IMG/VR virus record: IMGVR_UViG_3300026543_000012
Span: 1 to 46,515 of that record
DNA length: 46,515 bases
From: a virus
Taxonomy: Duplodnaviria; Caudoviricetes
Direction: 5' to 3' (one strand)
Each line of letters starts with the position of its first letter. Position 1 is the first letter of the stretch. Made by a program: the position numbers and the translations under genes. A model generated the notes under the pieces. The model did no database searches and was not told the DNA's origin. It saw only the letters and a program-made list of their open reading frames with translations. Positions 36,155-45,852 of the stretch are shown one piece after another.

Positions 36155-36709
36155 CTATGCATCGTGTGTTTGCTCAAAACCCTTCCCACCTGTCGGTAGA
36201 TTAGGTGCATAGGTCTTTATTCCTGTCACTTGCGGCATAACCTTGGCATCCTCTTGGGCTTTTCCTATTCCCAAAGCGGTTAATATTTCTTTATTCCTAG
36301 CCTCCTTGGGTGCGACTCTCAAGGCATGGTACTCATCTTCCGGCATTGATAAAAGATAACACAATAAAGGTTGTCCACCAGTCTTAGACCCTACTGGGAC
36401 GCACTCCCATTCACTTTCGGCACGATCAGTAAACCCTTTGAAAGTCTTCAGGCTCTTGCTTTTCCGCTGAACCAGAGATGCGCCTAAATGCAACCATTTC
36501 TCAACCTGTCCGTCCTCGTCATTCTCCCAGAATAAAGTCATTTCCTTGTATTCGGGGAGTCTTTGATAATACGAAGCATCCAGCCTTAACTGTTTCCCGG
36601 TCGCCATTCTGACTTTTTCTTCATGGCTTAACTTATTGACGGTTGTTTCTTCGCCAATAGGTGCGCGAATGCTTTTGCCTTGATTCTTACTACCTTTTGG
36701 TCTACTCAT
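36155..36709 (-). CDS. Head-module hypothetical protein
   Basis: 184 aa; W.ND..G.......G..LV...LL.MP..EY. Confidence 0.7.
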   Translation of the reverse strand: MSRPKGSKNQGKSIRAPIGEETTVNKLSHEEKVRMATGKQLRLDASYYQRLPEYKEMTLFWENDEDGQVEKWLHLGASLVQRKSKSLKTFKGFTDRAESEWECVPVGSKTGGQPLLCYLLSMPEDEYHALRVAPKEARNKEILTALGIGKAQEDAKVMPQVTGIKTYAPNLPTGGKGFEQTHDA

Positions 36710-36718
36710 GTCATTCTC

Positions 36719-37009
36719 CTATGCTGCGCTTAATATTGTCCCGCTAAAGGCCGGTGGTTTTCTCTCAGTGAATGAAATACCCGCAGTACCTTTAATGTCG
36801 ATAGTATTACCAGTAGTCGTGCCAGTAGTTCTAAATGACGGTGTGCCAGTTGAATTACCCCACCAATATTCCGTGAATGGATAACTGTGCCAGTAATAGT
36901 GATGATCCCTGTCAAGGTCTCGCATATCCTGCTTTAGTTCCTCGAACTGCTCAGGTGTCAGGGTGATTACTTTCTTGCCTAGTTTTAATTCAATTTTGCT
37001 TAGTGCCAT
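36719..37009 (-). CDS. Inserted hypothetical protein
   Basis: Flanked by the 13-bp repeat CATGTCATTCTCC. Confidence 0.65.
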   Translation of the reverse strand: MALSKIELKLGKKVITLTPEQFEELKQDMRDLDRDHHYYWHSYPFTEYWWGNSTGTPSFRTTGTTTGNTIDIKGTAGISFTERKPPAFSGTILSAA

Positions 37010-37010
37010 G

Positions 37011-37889
37011 TCATTCTCCGATTACGTTTTTAGCAAAAGTCTCCGCTGCTTTCGGGTCTTTGGCTAAGAGGATTTCATAAATATCTTTAGCAGGGCTAGT
37101 ATCTCTAGGATTTCTAGGATTCCCTTCAACAGATTTTAATTGAGTTACAATGTCTACTCCTTTGGTCACTGTTTTTGTTGAATTGGCAGACGTAGTTCGC
37201 TTATTCTTAGGGCTAACAAACTTATCCTGATGTAATTCTTTGGCCTGATTAAAAGCTAGGGCCTGGACACGCTCTATTTGAGCCTGAGTCAATTCATTAG
37301 CCCTAGTCCTGTCACCACCTAGCAACTGATCCAGCTTACTATTATGAATCATAATCATATCCTGATGAAATTCAGCATCATACTTAGTATTTGCAGGATC
37401 GATAATGGGGTTTTTACTAGTGAAGTCTGTGATAATTGGATTGACTTGCGGTGGTTGCTGAACAACAGTTGTTTGCTTATCCAGACTGTTAATCTTGTCT
37501 TTTGCAGCCAATGCAGCGTCCATATCATCGTCGGTTTGTGCTTTGGCCAGATCAACAATGGCCTGATTCTTTGCTTCTTCAATTTCCTGTGCCTTAATTT
37601 CATTCTGTTGATGTTTCCATGACTCCACGCCTTGAACTACTTGGTTCATTGTGCCTTTAAGGTCACGAATTTCTTTTAACGAATCATACTGGGCTTTATA
37701 GGCTTTCTCACCCCTGAAATCAGCAGGGTCTTTGCCTGCTGCAATCCATTCATCATGCGTTAGGAATCCAGGTGGTTTTTTTGGTGGGTCTTCAACAAGA
37801 TTTGGGTCAGGCTTTGTATCATCAATAATCTCGTCTTCCAAATCGTCTAGTGCTGCATTAATTTCTTCCTCGTTCTTTTTTTCAGGCAT
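37011..37889 (-). CDS. Capsid scaffolding protein
   Basis: Acidic/Pro N-terminus and coiled coil; located between portal and capsid. Confidence 0.7.
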   Translation of the reverse strand: MPEKKNEEEINAALDDLEDEIIDDTKPDPNLVEDPPKKPPGFLTHDEWIAAGKDPADFRGEKAYKAQYDSLKEIRDLKGTMNQVVQGVESWKHQQNEIKAQEIEEAKNQAIVDLAKAQTDDDMDAALAAKDKINSLDKQTTVVQQPPQVNPIITDFTSKNPIIDPANTKYDAEFHQDMIMIHNSKLDQLLGGDRTRANELTQAQIERVQALAFNQAKELHQDKFVSPKNKRTTSANSTKTVTKGVDIVTQLKSVEGNPRNPRDTSPAKDIYEILLAKDPKAAETFAKNVIGE

Positions 37890-38112
37890 GCTTAGTCCTC
37901 ATTTTCTCGCTCAACAATAATGCGTCATTCCACATTATTTCACAATAATCAATAATTAAACTTCTAAATGGCCTGAGATACCACGGCATATCTACCATCA
38001 ACCTATCTATATGAATTTTTCGTGCGGCTGCATAGGCATTGGTTATACCTGGCCCATCATACTCTGCAATAAACCCTTCTGGTTTGAGTTGCGACAACCC
38101 TAAATCACTCAT
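37882..38112 (-). CDS. Hypothetical protein
   Basis: 76 aa, coupled. Confidence 0.55.
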   Translation of the reverse strand: MSDLGLSQLKPEGFIAEYDGPGITNAYAAARKIHIDRLMVDMPWYLRPFRSLIIDYCEIMWNDALLLSEKMRTKHA

Positions 38113-38528
38113 AGTTTAGTCTCCATTTTACCTAAAATACTTTCATCGTTGGTAAATCGATACCAGTTACCACTACCAGGCGGGAGTTCTACCTCTACAC
38201 CTGCGTATCGGTCAAATATTAACACATCGCCTTCCTGCACCCAGTCTTGCATTCCCAACCCTTCGGCCTTGAATGCATAATCTCCTTTACTGATAAGAAT
38301 ACCGTGATGAGTACCAAAAGATTCTTTCTTTTTCTGAGCTTCGGTTTTAACCTCGAAACCTGCCTTCCCTAAAGTCTCAAACTCTGATTTCTCAGCTTGT
38401 TCTAATTCTGTTGTGGCGTCTATAGGTTTTATCATTAACCTGTAACCAACAGCTACAGGAGTTCCATTTGCGATTAAATCCCTTGCATCTTCAATCATTC
38501 TATCAGGCAATTCAATAACAGCATTCAT
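38109..38528 (-). CDS. groES: GroES/Cpn10-like co-chaperonin
   Basis: GYRLMIKP, G.LISKG, VQEGD.LIFDRYAG.E, YRF.ND..ILG. Confidence 0.8.
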   Translation of the reverse strand: MNAVIELPDRMIEDARDLIANGTPVAVGYRLMIKPIDATTELEQAEKSEFETLGKAGFEVKTEAQKKKESFGTHHGILISKGDYAFKAEGLGMQDWVQEGDVLIFDRYAGVEVELPPGSGNWYRFTNDESILGKMETKL

Positions 38529-38707
38529 TCCATATTGCTCCCAGTTCCATCGAATTTACCATCTTTTGTAAACCACAAATCCCGATTATCAACCATCGGT
38601 TTGCCGATATGCTCAATATGTAATCGATCCAACTTATTTCCTTTCACAACTTTAATTTTCAGGCCGGACACTTCATCTTTAATTTCAAAATTATCAGGGA
38701 TAATCAT
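38525..38707 (-). CDS. Hypothetical protein
   Basis: 60 aa; ATGA overlaps at both ends. Confidence 0.55.
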   Translation of the reverse strand: MIIPDNFEIKDEVSGLKIKVVKGNKLDRLHIEHIGKPMVDNRDLWFTKDGKFDGTGSNME

Positions 38708-38973
38708 TCTTTTTCCTCTTCTTCGAGTAGTTCGTGGGCTTTAAAATGTGCCATCGGGTCAGTAGCACTCGTTAGCCCGAATTTTACGCCATTGGCATAT
38801 TGGATTCTATTCATAGATAGATCATTATTAGATATATCAAGCAGACTACCATTCCCCATAGCCTCACCATTTTGTTCAGCCGACCATTCCAGGCATTGTA
38901 AATAAGTCTTCGTCACAGGACTATCTATCCAGATGTCAAACTGCGCCTGGGTTATTCGCTTGTGTTTGTCCAT
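38704..38973 (-). CDS. Small head-module protein
   Basis: F..W..SPVTK; follows the portal. Confidence 0.65.
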   Translation of the reverse strand: MDKHKRITQAQFDIWIDSPVTKTYLQCLEWSAEQNGEAMGNGSLLDISNNDLSMNRIQYANGVKFGLTSATDPMAHFKAHELLEEEEKE

Positions 38974-40972
38974 TACCTTTGGAGTCTATGAATTTATCTT
39001 CAATGCGTTTGGCGGCGTCTATCGCTTGTTCACCGCTTGCTATACCTGCATCAACCAAATCTTTTAATGCCGATGTGTATAATTTGGTAATTTTAGCCTC
39101 TAGTTCGTCTGCCTTTAATGATTGATCGCTTCCTTTTAAACCCAACTCTGCCATAGTCTTAGCAGCTTCATGCGCCATTTTCATTTCCTGAATATTTTGA
39201 CCCCTTTCCCTTAATTCCTGGTCTTTCTTTTTGAGTTCAGCCTCCATCCCCATCTGAGCAAGCATCAATTGTCTATCAGGATCAACAGCGTTTGGATCAG
39301 GCTCCGGCGCTAATGTATCTATACTAGGCGTGTTCATCGCCTCAAGCATATCAATAACAGCCTCACGATAATTTATAACCTGTTGTGTTTGAGTGGAAGC
39401 CATTTCATAGACAGCACTAGCCCTTTGTACCCTTTCAATATCAGACCCCTGTGATGGATCGGCAGTCATCCGTATGTCACAGTCGTCAGGATTGAAGTCA
39501 GATTCCATTGATGCAGGCTCGCCATCTAATATTTTATTGTATTTATCGTCATCGAAATGCTTGAAGTTTAACGCCGCAATCTTTTTAAACTCCCGCCTGG
39601 CGCATTCGTAAACTCTCATTATTATGGAATTGGGAACCTTGAGACCTTGTTGGAGTTTAGCTAGATATAATGACGCAGCCTCTCCAGGTTGTGCCTCGAC
39701 ATTAATAGCAGCGTTGGTCATCGACCTCGAAGACTGAATAAGGTATTCCATCAACTGAAACAATACCGCATTCGGTCCGGCAAAGGGAAACTGAACAATA
39801 TTATCTCTTAAACTACCTGCACCATGATTCGGGACCGGGGTTAATTCACCCATTACAACCTCGACAGGACCGGATTCAACTGCATTACCTCTTCCTGATG
39901 CTAGAGACTGACTTATAAGCCCTGAATTAGCCGCTGTATTAGCCAAAGTACCTGAATCTAATAACTGCCTGACATTTGTATTAATAGCGTCGAACATCGG
40001 ACCTAACAATATACCCCAACCCATACCCATTGGACCGCCTTCCGGGTCTGGTAAAAATCTGTACTGAGTGAATCTTTCAACACATTCTATTTTTATTATT
40101 TCTGTTTCGTTTTGGGTAATAGTGTCCTCGTCATAGCAAGGATATAAAGAAACGATTCTTTCTTTTTCCACCCAGATTAATGCAATGTAAGGCTCTTTAA
40201 GCCCGTCCTCATCAAGGTCAAACCATGTAAATGCTTTGATGAACTCAAAGTCATTCTTGTCTTCTTCCAGTTCATCCTCGTCAATAGTCCACTTCTGCTC
40301 ACCGCGGATAAAGCCTATGACTTCATTCCGCGTATACTCGCAAGGGCAGAACTTGTCCGGTGCCGAATCAAAGGTCTTGTAACCGTGATCAAAAATAACC
40401 TGGTCAGCTAGGTAAAGTTCAGAACGAACCTCCTGTATGTCAGAGTCATAGTAGGTTTCTTTATAAAACGTACCTGGTGAGGCTAATATTAAAAGTCCTT
40501 TATCTTGATTATCCCTCCAGTCCGGGATCATCTCGGATAATTGATAATTGGAATATTCAGATACCCGCTTGGCCCTAGCTTCTTTCTCGTCTGTATTCTC
40601 TCCATAGACCTTAGCCTTGACTATGTTATCAGTCCATACCAGTTCAGCCGCAGCCCTTGAGGAAAAATCAAGCATGGCCTCAAGGATGTAGGGCATCATA
40701 ACTACACTAGCACCCTCAAATGGAAAAGTCTTTTCTGTTATTTCCACATCACCAGACATGGCCTGTAGCTTGGCTAGATTGAGAGCGCGAGTGTATTTCT
40801 TCAGCCACGGCTTCATAGATGTCTCAGCCGTTTTATAAAGGTCTAACGTATCGGAACAGGCTTTCTTTTCATCCTTTAGTTCAGAGACAATATTGCCTTG
40901 ATCGAGGTATTTGAACAAAGGGGATGGATTGTCCTCAGTATCACTTGCTGGTATTTCGTAGACTTCAGCCAT
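38936..40972 (-). CDS. Portal protein
   Basis: 678 aa; PFEGAS, F.PDP.G...G.G....L, QLLD.GTLAN; C-terminal coiled barrel; follows terL. Confidence 0.88.
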   Translation of the reverse strand: MAEVYEIPASDTEDNPSPLFKYLDQGNIVSELKDEKKACSDTLDLYKTAETSMKPWLKKYTRALNLAKLQAMSGDVEITEKTFPFEGASVVMMPYILEAMLDFSSRAAAELVWTDNIVKAKVYGENTDEKEARAKRVSEYSNYQLSEMIPDWRDNQDKGLLILASPGTFYKETYYDSDIQEVRSELYLADQVIFDHGYKTFDSAPDKFCPCEYTRNEVIGFIRGEQKWTIDEDELEEDKNDFEFIKAFTWFDLDEDGLKEPYIALIWVEKERIVSLYPCYDEDTITQNETEIIKIECVERFTQYRFLPDPEGGPMGMGWGILLGPMFDAINTNVRQLLDSGTLANTAANSGLISQSLASGRGNAVESGPVEVVMGELTPVPNHGAGSLRDNIVQFPFAGPNAVLFQLMEYLIQSSRSMTNAAINVEAQPGEAASLYLAKLQQGLKVPNSIIMRVYECARREFKKIAALNFKHFDDDKYNKILDGEPASMESDFNPDDCDIRMTADPSQGSDIERVQRASAVYEMASTQTQQVINYREAVIDMLEAMNTPSIDTLAPEPDPNAVDPDRQLMLAQMGMEAELKKKDQELRERGQNIQEMKMAHEAAKTMAELGLKGSDQSLKADELEAKITKLYTSALKDLVDAGIASGEQAIDAAKRIEDKFIDSKGNGQTQANNPGAV

Positions 40973-40993
40973 TATTCACAAATTCAATAGGTT

Positions 40994-41185
40994 TCATTTA
41001 AGTATCTTAAACTTGCCTTTGGGGTTAATTGCATTAGCCTGTGCGTGGATTAACTGCTGCTTTGCGTTAATAAACACACCCAAAGAATACGATTCGTGCT
41101 TTGTGTATATTACTGGGATTCTCAGTCCCAAAGCAACAAGCGTATTATTGTAATAATAACCTATAAACTTAAATAGTCTTTTCAT
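40994..41185 (-). CDS. Hypothetical protein
   Basis: 63 aa between terL and portal. Confidence 0.5.
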   Translation of the reverse strand: MKRLFKFIGYYYNNTLVALGLRIPVIYTKHESYSLGVFINAKQQLIHAQANAINPKGKFKILK

Positions 41186-41303
41186 CGTTTACGCTTCGCT
41201 ACTTTCTTCTGCTCATCGACAGTTAGCTTGCGCCAATGCCCACATGACTCACAACGAGTGTAAGTTAAGGGTTTGTCTTTTACTTCGGTGCAGTCAGGAC
41301 ACA

Positions 41304-41489
41304 TTAATCCCACCATACTCGTTGCCATTCTTTCCATACACTTTGTTCAATGGTATCGGGTATCAATGTTCTGGATTCATCATGCAGCGTTTCAATTGGT
41401 TGTTTATATTTAACCAATAATCCATTGTTGTCTATCCCAATAGCATCACCTTCCCTGATGTCTTCGCCTGCATAGCCTAATATATTCAA
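41304..41489 (-). CDS. Hypothetical protein
   Basis: TTG start inside the repeated GAGGACAGGATATTGAA junction. Confidence 0.5.
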   Translation of the reverse strand: MNILGYAGEDIREGDAIGIDNNGLLVKYKQPIETLHDESRTLIPDTIEQSVWKEWQRVWWD

Positions 41490-41806
41490 TATCCTGTCCT
41501 CTCAATGCAGTCTTTGCACATCTGCAATTCCAATATCTGCTAATTGATCAAGAAGCTGGGCTTCACGGGTTAAATCTTTGTTATCCCTTGCTTGCAAAAG
41601 CTCTTCCCCCATATCTTCAATAACATCTTGGCAATACCTAGTAAGAATTATAACAGCATCTTCATCCATAATTAATATCCTGTCCTCATAACCCTATCAT
41701 GGTTAGAAATACCTGCATTTGGGTTAATTCAGGATTCATCACCCAATAAATAAAAGCAGACAACGACCATACCACCATCAAAGCAAACGCTGCGAATACT
41801 CCAATT

Positions 41807-42076
41807 CTAGCTATCACTACCGTTCACCATAACATCATTGATTTTATCAACCAGATTATACTGTCCATCAGACAAATATCGCGACACTTCCACTGACCGT
41901 ATCTCTGTAAAACGCCTATCGTCAAGCATCATCCCAACGGCGTGGTCTATATCAAATACTGATATAACTAGAACCAGTGACAAAAGATTGTGATTCTCAT
42001 TCTTTAATAGTGTGATTGATTTCCCAATAGCAGCATCGCTAAAGGGAGCAGAGACAGCAAGTTTGATTGTTTTCAA
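41807..42076 (-). CDS. Hypothetical protein
   Basis: 89 aa; TTGA overlap with the terL stop. Confidence 0.55.
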   Translation of the reverse strand: MKTIKLAVSAPFSDAAIGKSITLLKNENHNLLSLVLVISVFDIDHAVGMMLDDRRFTEIRSVEVSRYLSDGQYNLVDKINDVMVNGSDS

Positions 42077-43575
42077 TATCCTGTCCTCGAATCCCGGCCT
42101 TGTTTCTTATTGGGGATGTAGTGGTTTTGTGGGTTAAGGTCACATATCCTGATTGCATATCGGCGCATCATATAAGCATACCTTATCGCATCCAGCAGGT
42201 CATCTTTGATCTTGACTATCTTAACCTTACCCTGGTCCTCGCCTGCTGTGATAGGTTTAGTATGATACTGTCTGATTTCCTCAAATACTTCCATTAAACA
42301 ACTAGCTATCTTGAACCGCCCAGTCTTCATTAAATTATCTAATTCCATAATACCAACCCATACTCCATCACCACCGTCCTCGAACCTGGCCTGTTCTGGT
42401 AGCATGTTAAATCCTTCGCTAGCGTATATCTCCTTCAGTTCAATAGCCTCACCACTGGACTGTTGCTTGTGTTGTAGACCGTCCTGGGGCCATGCTGTCG
42501 GTACTCTCTCGGCCCACGGTTTAACTACATGCCATGCTTCATAAGGTTGCTTCTTTGAGGCCTTCCAGGCATTTACAAGATAGAATATATCAGCGTCCTT
42601 ATCCCACAGTAATTGTATGTGAGCCTGTGGGTGATCCCATCCGAAGTCTATACCGTTAATGACAAACCAGTAACTCGGATAGTCAAAGGGTTTGAATGAT
42701 AGTTCATCCTCACCGTGTTCATAAATAAGCCCTGAACCCATCAATGGGACGCCCTCACTTCTCATTAATCTCTGATATTTTGGATACTTTGCTAGCATTT
42801 TCTTCTGTTTCTCAGGCGTCATGTGTGGACATTCTTTCCATGTAGCGCCTTGTAAGTACATACCTGTGTCTATTTTTATTTCGTCTTCCTCACCTTCGTA
42901 ATCATCACCCATAAACTGACAAACTAATTGAGTCTTGCCGTTCTCAGGGGTGAAGGTTAGCATCCCTCGCCCTCCCCTTCCCTGATCACCATTTATAGTC
43001 CTGGTTAAAACCTGTGGATAAATATATGGGTCTTTGGGTTCCTCATCTATGTGATACCACTCTACAACGTCACCCATTAAAGCGTGTTGTCCTTGTGTGT
43101 ACGACCAGAACTGGCACGTTGCTATCCCATTAACATGCTTAACCCTAACCTCTCGCATAGCTCCAGCAGTGCCTGTCATGGCCCTGTGGTCTATGATTTT
43201 ATCTTTAGATATATAACCACCTTCAAATTCATTCTCCAAGTAACGTCCGAATAGCTTAGTTTGTAGCAGGTCCCGGGTCTTCTCGCCTGAGTAACCCAGC
43301 AACCAACACAAAGGCGGCTTTATAAATTTATGCCCTTCCCAGTCATCAGGATAGTCACCTGTTAAATGGTATGAGTCTATACTACAGCCTGTTCTGGATT
43401 TCCCTGATTGGCTTGAAGCCATCAACATACAAGCGTCATAATCCTTAGTGGCTGCGTTGAACTTACGTTGCCATGGATAGAATGATTCGTAGATTCTCAG
43501 TCCTTTGGTTTCGTGGTTTCTCCTAGTTAGTTCACGGCGAACCTGTATTTGTTCTATTATTTCTGTTCTATCCAT
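42073..43575 (-). CDS. terL: Terminase large subunit (P22 gp2-like)
   Basis: Walker A SQSGKS, Walker B HIDEEP, TFTPENG, nuclease IDFGWDHP and DDLLDAIRYA. Confidence 0.95.
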   Translation of the reverse strand: MDRTEIIEQIQVRRELTRRNHETKGLRIYESFYPWQRKFNAATKDYDACMLMASSQSGKSRTGCSIDSYHLTGDYPDDWEGHKFIKPPLCWLLGYSGEKTRDLLQTKLFGRYLENEFEGGYISKDKIIDHRAMTGTAGAMREVRVKHVNGIATCQFWSYTQGQHALMGDVVEWYHIDEEPKDPYIYPQVLTRTINGDQGRGGRGMLTFTPENGKTQLVCQFMGDDYEGEEDEIKIDTGMYLQGATWKECPHMTPEKQKKMLAKYPKYQRLMRSEGVPLMGSGLIYEHGEDELSFKPFDYPSYWFVINGIDFGWDHPQAHIQLLWDKDADIFYLVNAWKASKKQPYEAWHVVKPWAERVPTAWPQDGLQHKQQSSGEAIELKEIYASEGFNMLPEQARFEDGGDGVWVGIMELDNLMKTGRFKIASCLMEVFEEIRQYHTKPITAGEDQGKVKIVKIKDDLLDAIRYAYMMRRYAIRICDLNPQNHYIPNKKQGRDSRTGY

Positions 43576-43963
43576 CCTTAGTGCTTTGCTCTAATTTGGT
43601 ATCTTCCGCCCTTAGTATGCGTAGCAACTCTTCAGTTGACTCCTGGTGTAATCCTACGCTCCCAGAATACTGCCGTTCAGTTTTATCCTTCCATTCAAAG
43701 TTATTTTTTAGGTTAAATATCGGGCCTGCTACATTATTACCATACAAACATTTCTCTGCATAAACCTCTACTTTGTTACGAGCCTTTTTTATAGTGTCCA
43801 AAAATTCATCTTTATTAGAATAGTTTAGTAATGATTGTCTACACATTCCCAACGCATAGCCTAGCCCTGCCATTGTGTGTATTTCTTCTTCTTCGAAATA
43901 CTTATCAATGATTACCTGCATGTCTTCAACATTATCGTATAGTGGTGGTCTACCTGCTGGCAT
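43568..43963 (-). CDS. terS: Terminase small subunit (start revised to MPAGRPP)
   Basis: GRPP.Y...Q..ID.YF, T.AGL...LG..RQ.L.NY, IFNLKNNF.WKDK. Confidence 0.88.
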   Translation of the reverse strand: MPAGRPPLYDNVEDMQVIIDKYFEEEEIHTMAGLGYALGMCRQSLLNYSNKDEFLDTIKKARNKVEVYAEKCLYGNNVAGPIFNLKNNFEWKDKTERQYSGSVGLHQESTEELLRILRAEDTKLEQSTKDG

Positions 43964-44126
43964 AATAATCGTTCCAGTGTTTGAAGGTATCAGGCCATGC
44001 CTTACGTTCCTTTCTTGGAATTGGGGATGTTGTCCTGCACATATGGCAATGGCAATCCTTGTCCTCGCTATGAGGTGGGAAAAATCGTTCTCCACAGAGA
44101 ACACAAATCTTAACAGGCGATCTCAT
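43950..44126 (-). CDS. 58-aa Zn-finger microprotein (not in track)
   Basis: MRSPVKICVLCGERF....CHCHMCR; GAGGA RBS. Confidence 0.5.
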   Translation of the reverse strand: MRSPVKICVLCGERFFPPHSEDKDCHCHMCRTTSPIPRKERKAWPDTFKHWNDYYASR

Positions 44127-44261
44127 TCAATCCTCGCTTAGGATTTCTGCCATTGTTTATCTCCATATCCTATTAGATTATATATGTTTGTGAAAATAAA
44201 TGAAATAGTTAATAGTAACGCTTGACCTGTTAATATGGTCTTACTAACTAGGAGAAACCAG

Positions 44262-44423
44262 ATGAACTTACAAAAAATTGCAGAACAAAGAGTGCAAGAA
44301 CTTATCAAAGAAATTAAATGCTATGTTTCCGAAGGAATGAAAAAAGAAACTGCAATAAACATTGCAAAAAATAGCACTACCCTCGGGACTAAATACTGGG
44401 AAATGGTTATTAAGTCAGTATAA
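44262..44423 (+). CDS. Hypothetical protein, inverted island
   Basis: AGGAG RBS before MNLQK. Confidence 0.6.
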   Translation: MNLQKIAEQRVQELIKEIKCYVSEGMKKETAINIAKNSTTLGTKYWEMVIKSV

Positions 44424-44465
44424 ACCCAACCGCCCTCTTCGGAGGGCTTACCCAGGATAAATAAA

Positions 44466-44651
44466 ATGAAAGTACAAATAACACAAACCGTTGAGATAAA
44501 CCAAGCAGCATGGGCTTTGGAATTTGGTTTAGAATTATCTGATGTGCGTGACGATGTGAAAGCATATTTTTCTGATGGACAGATGAGAGCCGAAGGACTC
44601 GGGTTAGCACTAGAAACACGCCTAGTAGACATCCCCCTTTATAATGCCTAA
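44466..44651 (+). CDS. Hypothetical protein, inverted island
   Basis: AGGA RBS; preceded by the GCCCTC-TTCG-GAGGGC hairpin. Confidence 0.6.
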   Translation: MKVQITQTVEINQAAWALEFGLELSDVRDDVKAYFSDGQMRAEGLGLALETRLVDIPLYNA

Positions 44652-44695
44652 AACCCAGCCCCTTTTTTAACCAACTACATAGAGGATAAATAACC

Positions 44696-44887
44696 ATGAC
44701 TACTGAAAGACAAAAAGCATTGAAACAATTAAAAGCCGATTGCAAAAGGTACGATATTAATTTGCGTGAATATAACCAAGTAGATATTAGGCAATGGGTT
44801 GACGATATCTTGCTTGATTGGCTAATTGATTATAACCACGAAATTCAAATTTACGGTGCTCCGTACCATTTGGCTAAACCATCATAA
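44696..44887 (+). CDS. Hypothetical protein, inverted island
   Basis: GAGGA RBS. Confidence 0.6.
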   Translation: MTTERQKALKQLKADCKRYDINLREYNQVDIRQWVDDILLDWLIDYNHEIQIYGAPYHLAKPS

Positions 44888-45078
44888 TGCCTAAATCCAA
44901 ATCCAAATCCAAAATGATGAAACGTCTACGCCAGCAACGCAAGGATGCAGGGCTGGTGGAGTTAGATAATGTATGGGTTACACCAAAACAAAGAGATTGC
45001 CTTAAAGACTTATCCAGGCAAATCGTTGATTATCCCAATCCTGTACTCAAAAGTCCCTTATCTGTGCTGCTTGAATGA
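44887..45078 (+). CDS. Small basic DNA-binding protein (ribbon-helix-helix-like)
   Basis: KRLRQQRKDAGLVEL..VWVTP...L. Confidence 0.6.
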   Translation: MPKSKSKSKMMKRLRQQRKDAGLVELDNVWVTPKQRDCLKDLSRQIVDYPNPVLKSPLSVLLE

Positions 45079-45200
45079 ATTCCTTTCTTCTTAGGTGGTG
45101 GCTTTCTCCTGGGATTAGTAGTTCCGAGTACGCCTCTTCTTAGGATTTTTACCACCTTTCTTTTTCATTGGGTATTTGTGTTTCATATTAACCTCATAGT

Positions 45201-45542
45201 CTAAGCACAAGATGCGCCGATTGCGAATGTGACTTCATCTGCCTCTAATATTAAAGAAGCATCTGTATAAACACCGCAAGCCTTCCAATCTCCATCAACA
45301 TCAAATTCCGTTCCATCTGTGGTGTATTCGAAATATTCACTAGCAGGGACAGTACCTAATTCCGGATCGTTTGTTAAAGCAACTGCTGGAGCTGAAACCG
45401 CTGGTGTAGTTGAGTTAGTTTTAGTAAAGTCAGTACCAGCAGAAGGAGCTGTAAATTTTATACTCAATGCCGAACTACCACTCATATCAAAACCTGTTGA
45501 TATTCTGAATGGCTGGCCCTTCTCAGTAACTTTTATACTCAC
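45201..45542 (-). CDS. Ig/BppU-like virion attachment protein (start revised to GTG at 45542)
   Basis: DMSG...LSIKFTAP, FEYTT...EFD.DG.W; GAGGA RBS. Confidence 0.55.
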   Translation of the reverse strand: MSIKVTEKGQPFRISTGFDMSGSSALSIKFTAPSAGTDFTKTNSTTPAVSAPAVALTNDPELGTVPASEYFEYTTDGTEFDVDGDWKACGVYTDASLILEADEVTFAIGASCA

Positions 45543-45555
45543 TATACCATCCTCG

Positions 45556-45852
45556 TCATATCGTGCCTTTCTTCCCAACACCAGTATTGTTTATTATACC
45601 TGATTTTCCTAGTCCGTCATTATTTATGACAGACCCAACACCAAAACCAAACACTATCGATCCAACTTCACCTTCTCCGGCATTTGAAATTGAACTAACC
45701 AACCCTATTCCGTTATTGGTAATTACCGATCCTACCCCAAAACCAGTGCCGACTGTTAGATCCTCAGCAGCCTTGCCAGTAAAAGCTCCCGTTAGCCTAG
45801 TAAATAAAGCCTTGAGAGAAAATCGTGTAGTTTGTGATCCTGAAAACGCCAT
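45556..45852 (-). CDS. Small protein with GxGxxxxI repeats
   Basis: GFGVGSVI, GIGLVSSI, GEGEVGSI, GFGVGSVI, GLGKSGII, GVGKKGTI. Confidence 0.65.
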   Translation of the reverse strand: MAFSGSQTTRFSLKALFTRLTGAFTGKAAEDLTVGTGFGVGSVITNNGIGLVSSISNAGEGEVGSIVFGFGVGSVINNDGLGKSGIINNTGVGKKGTI

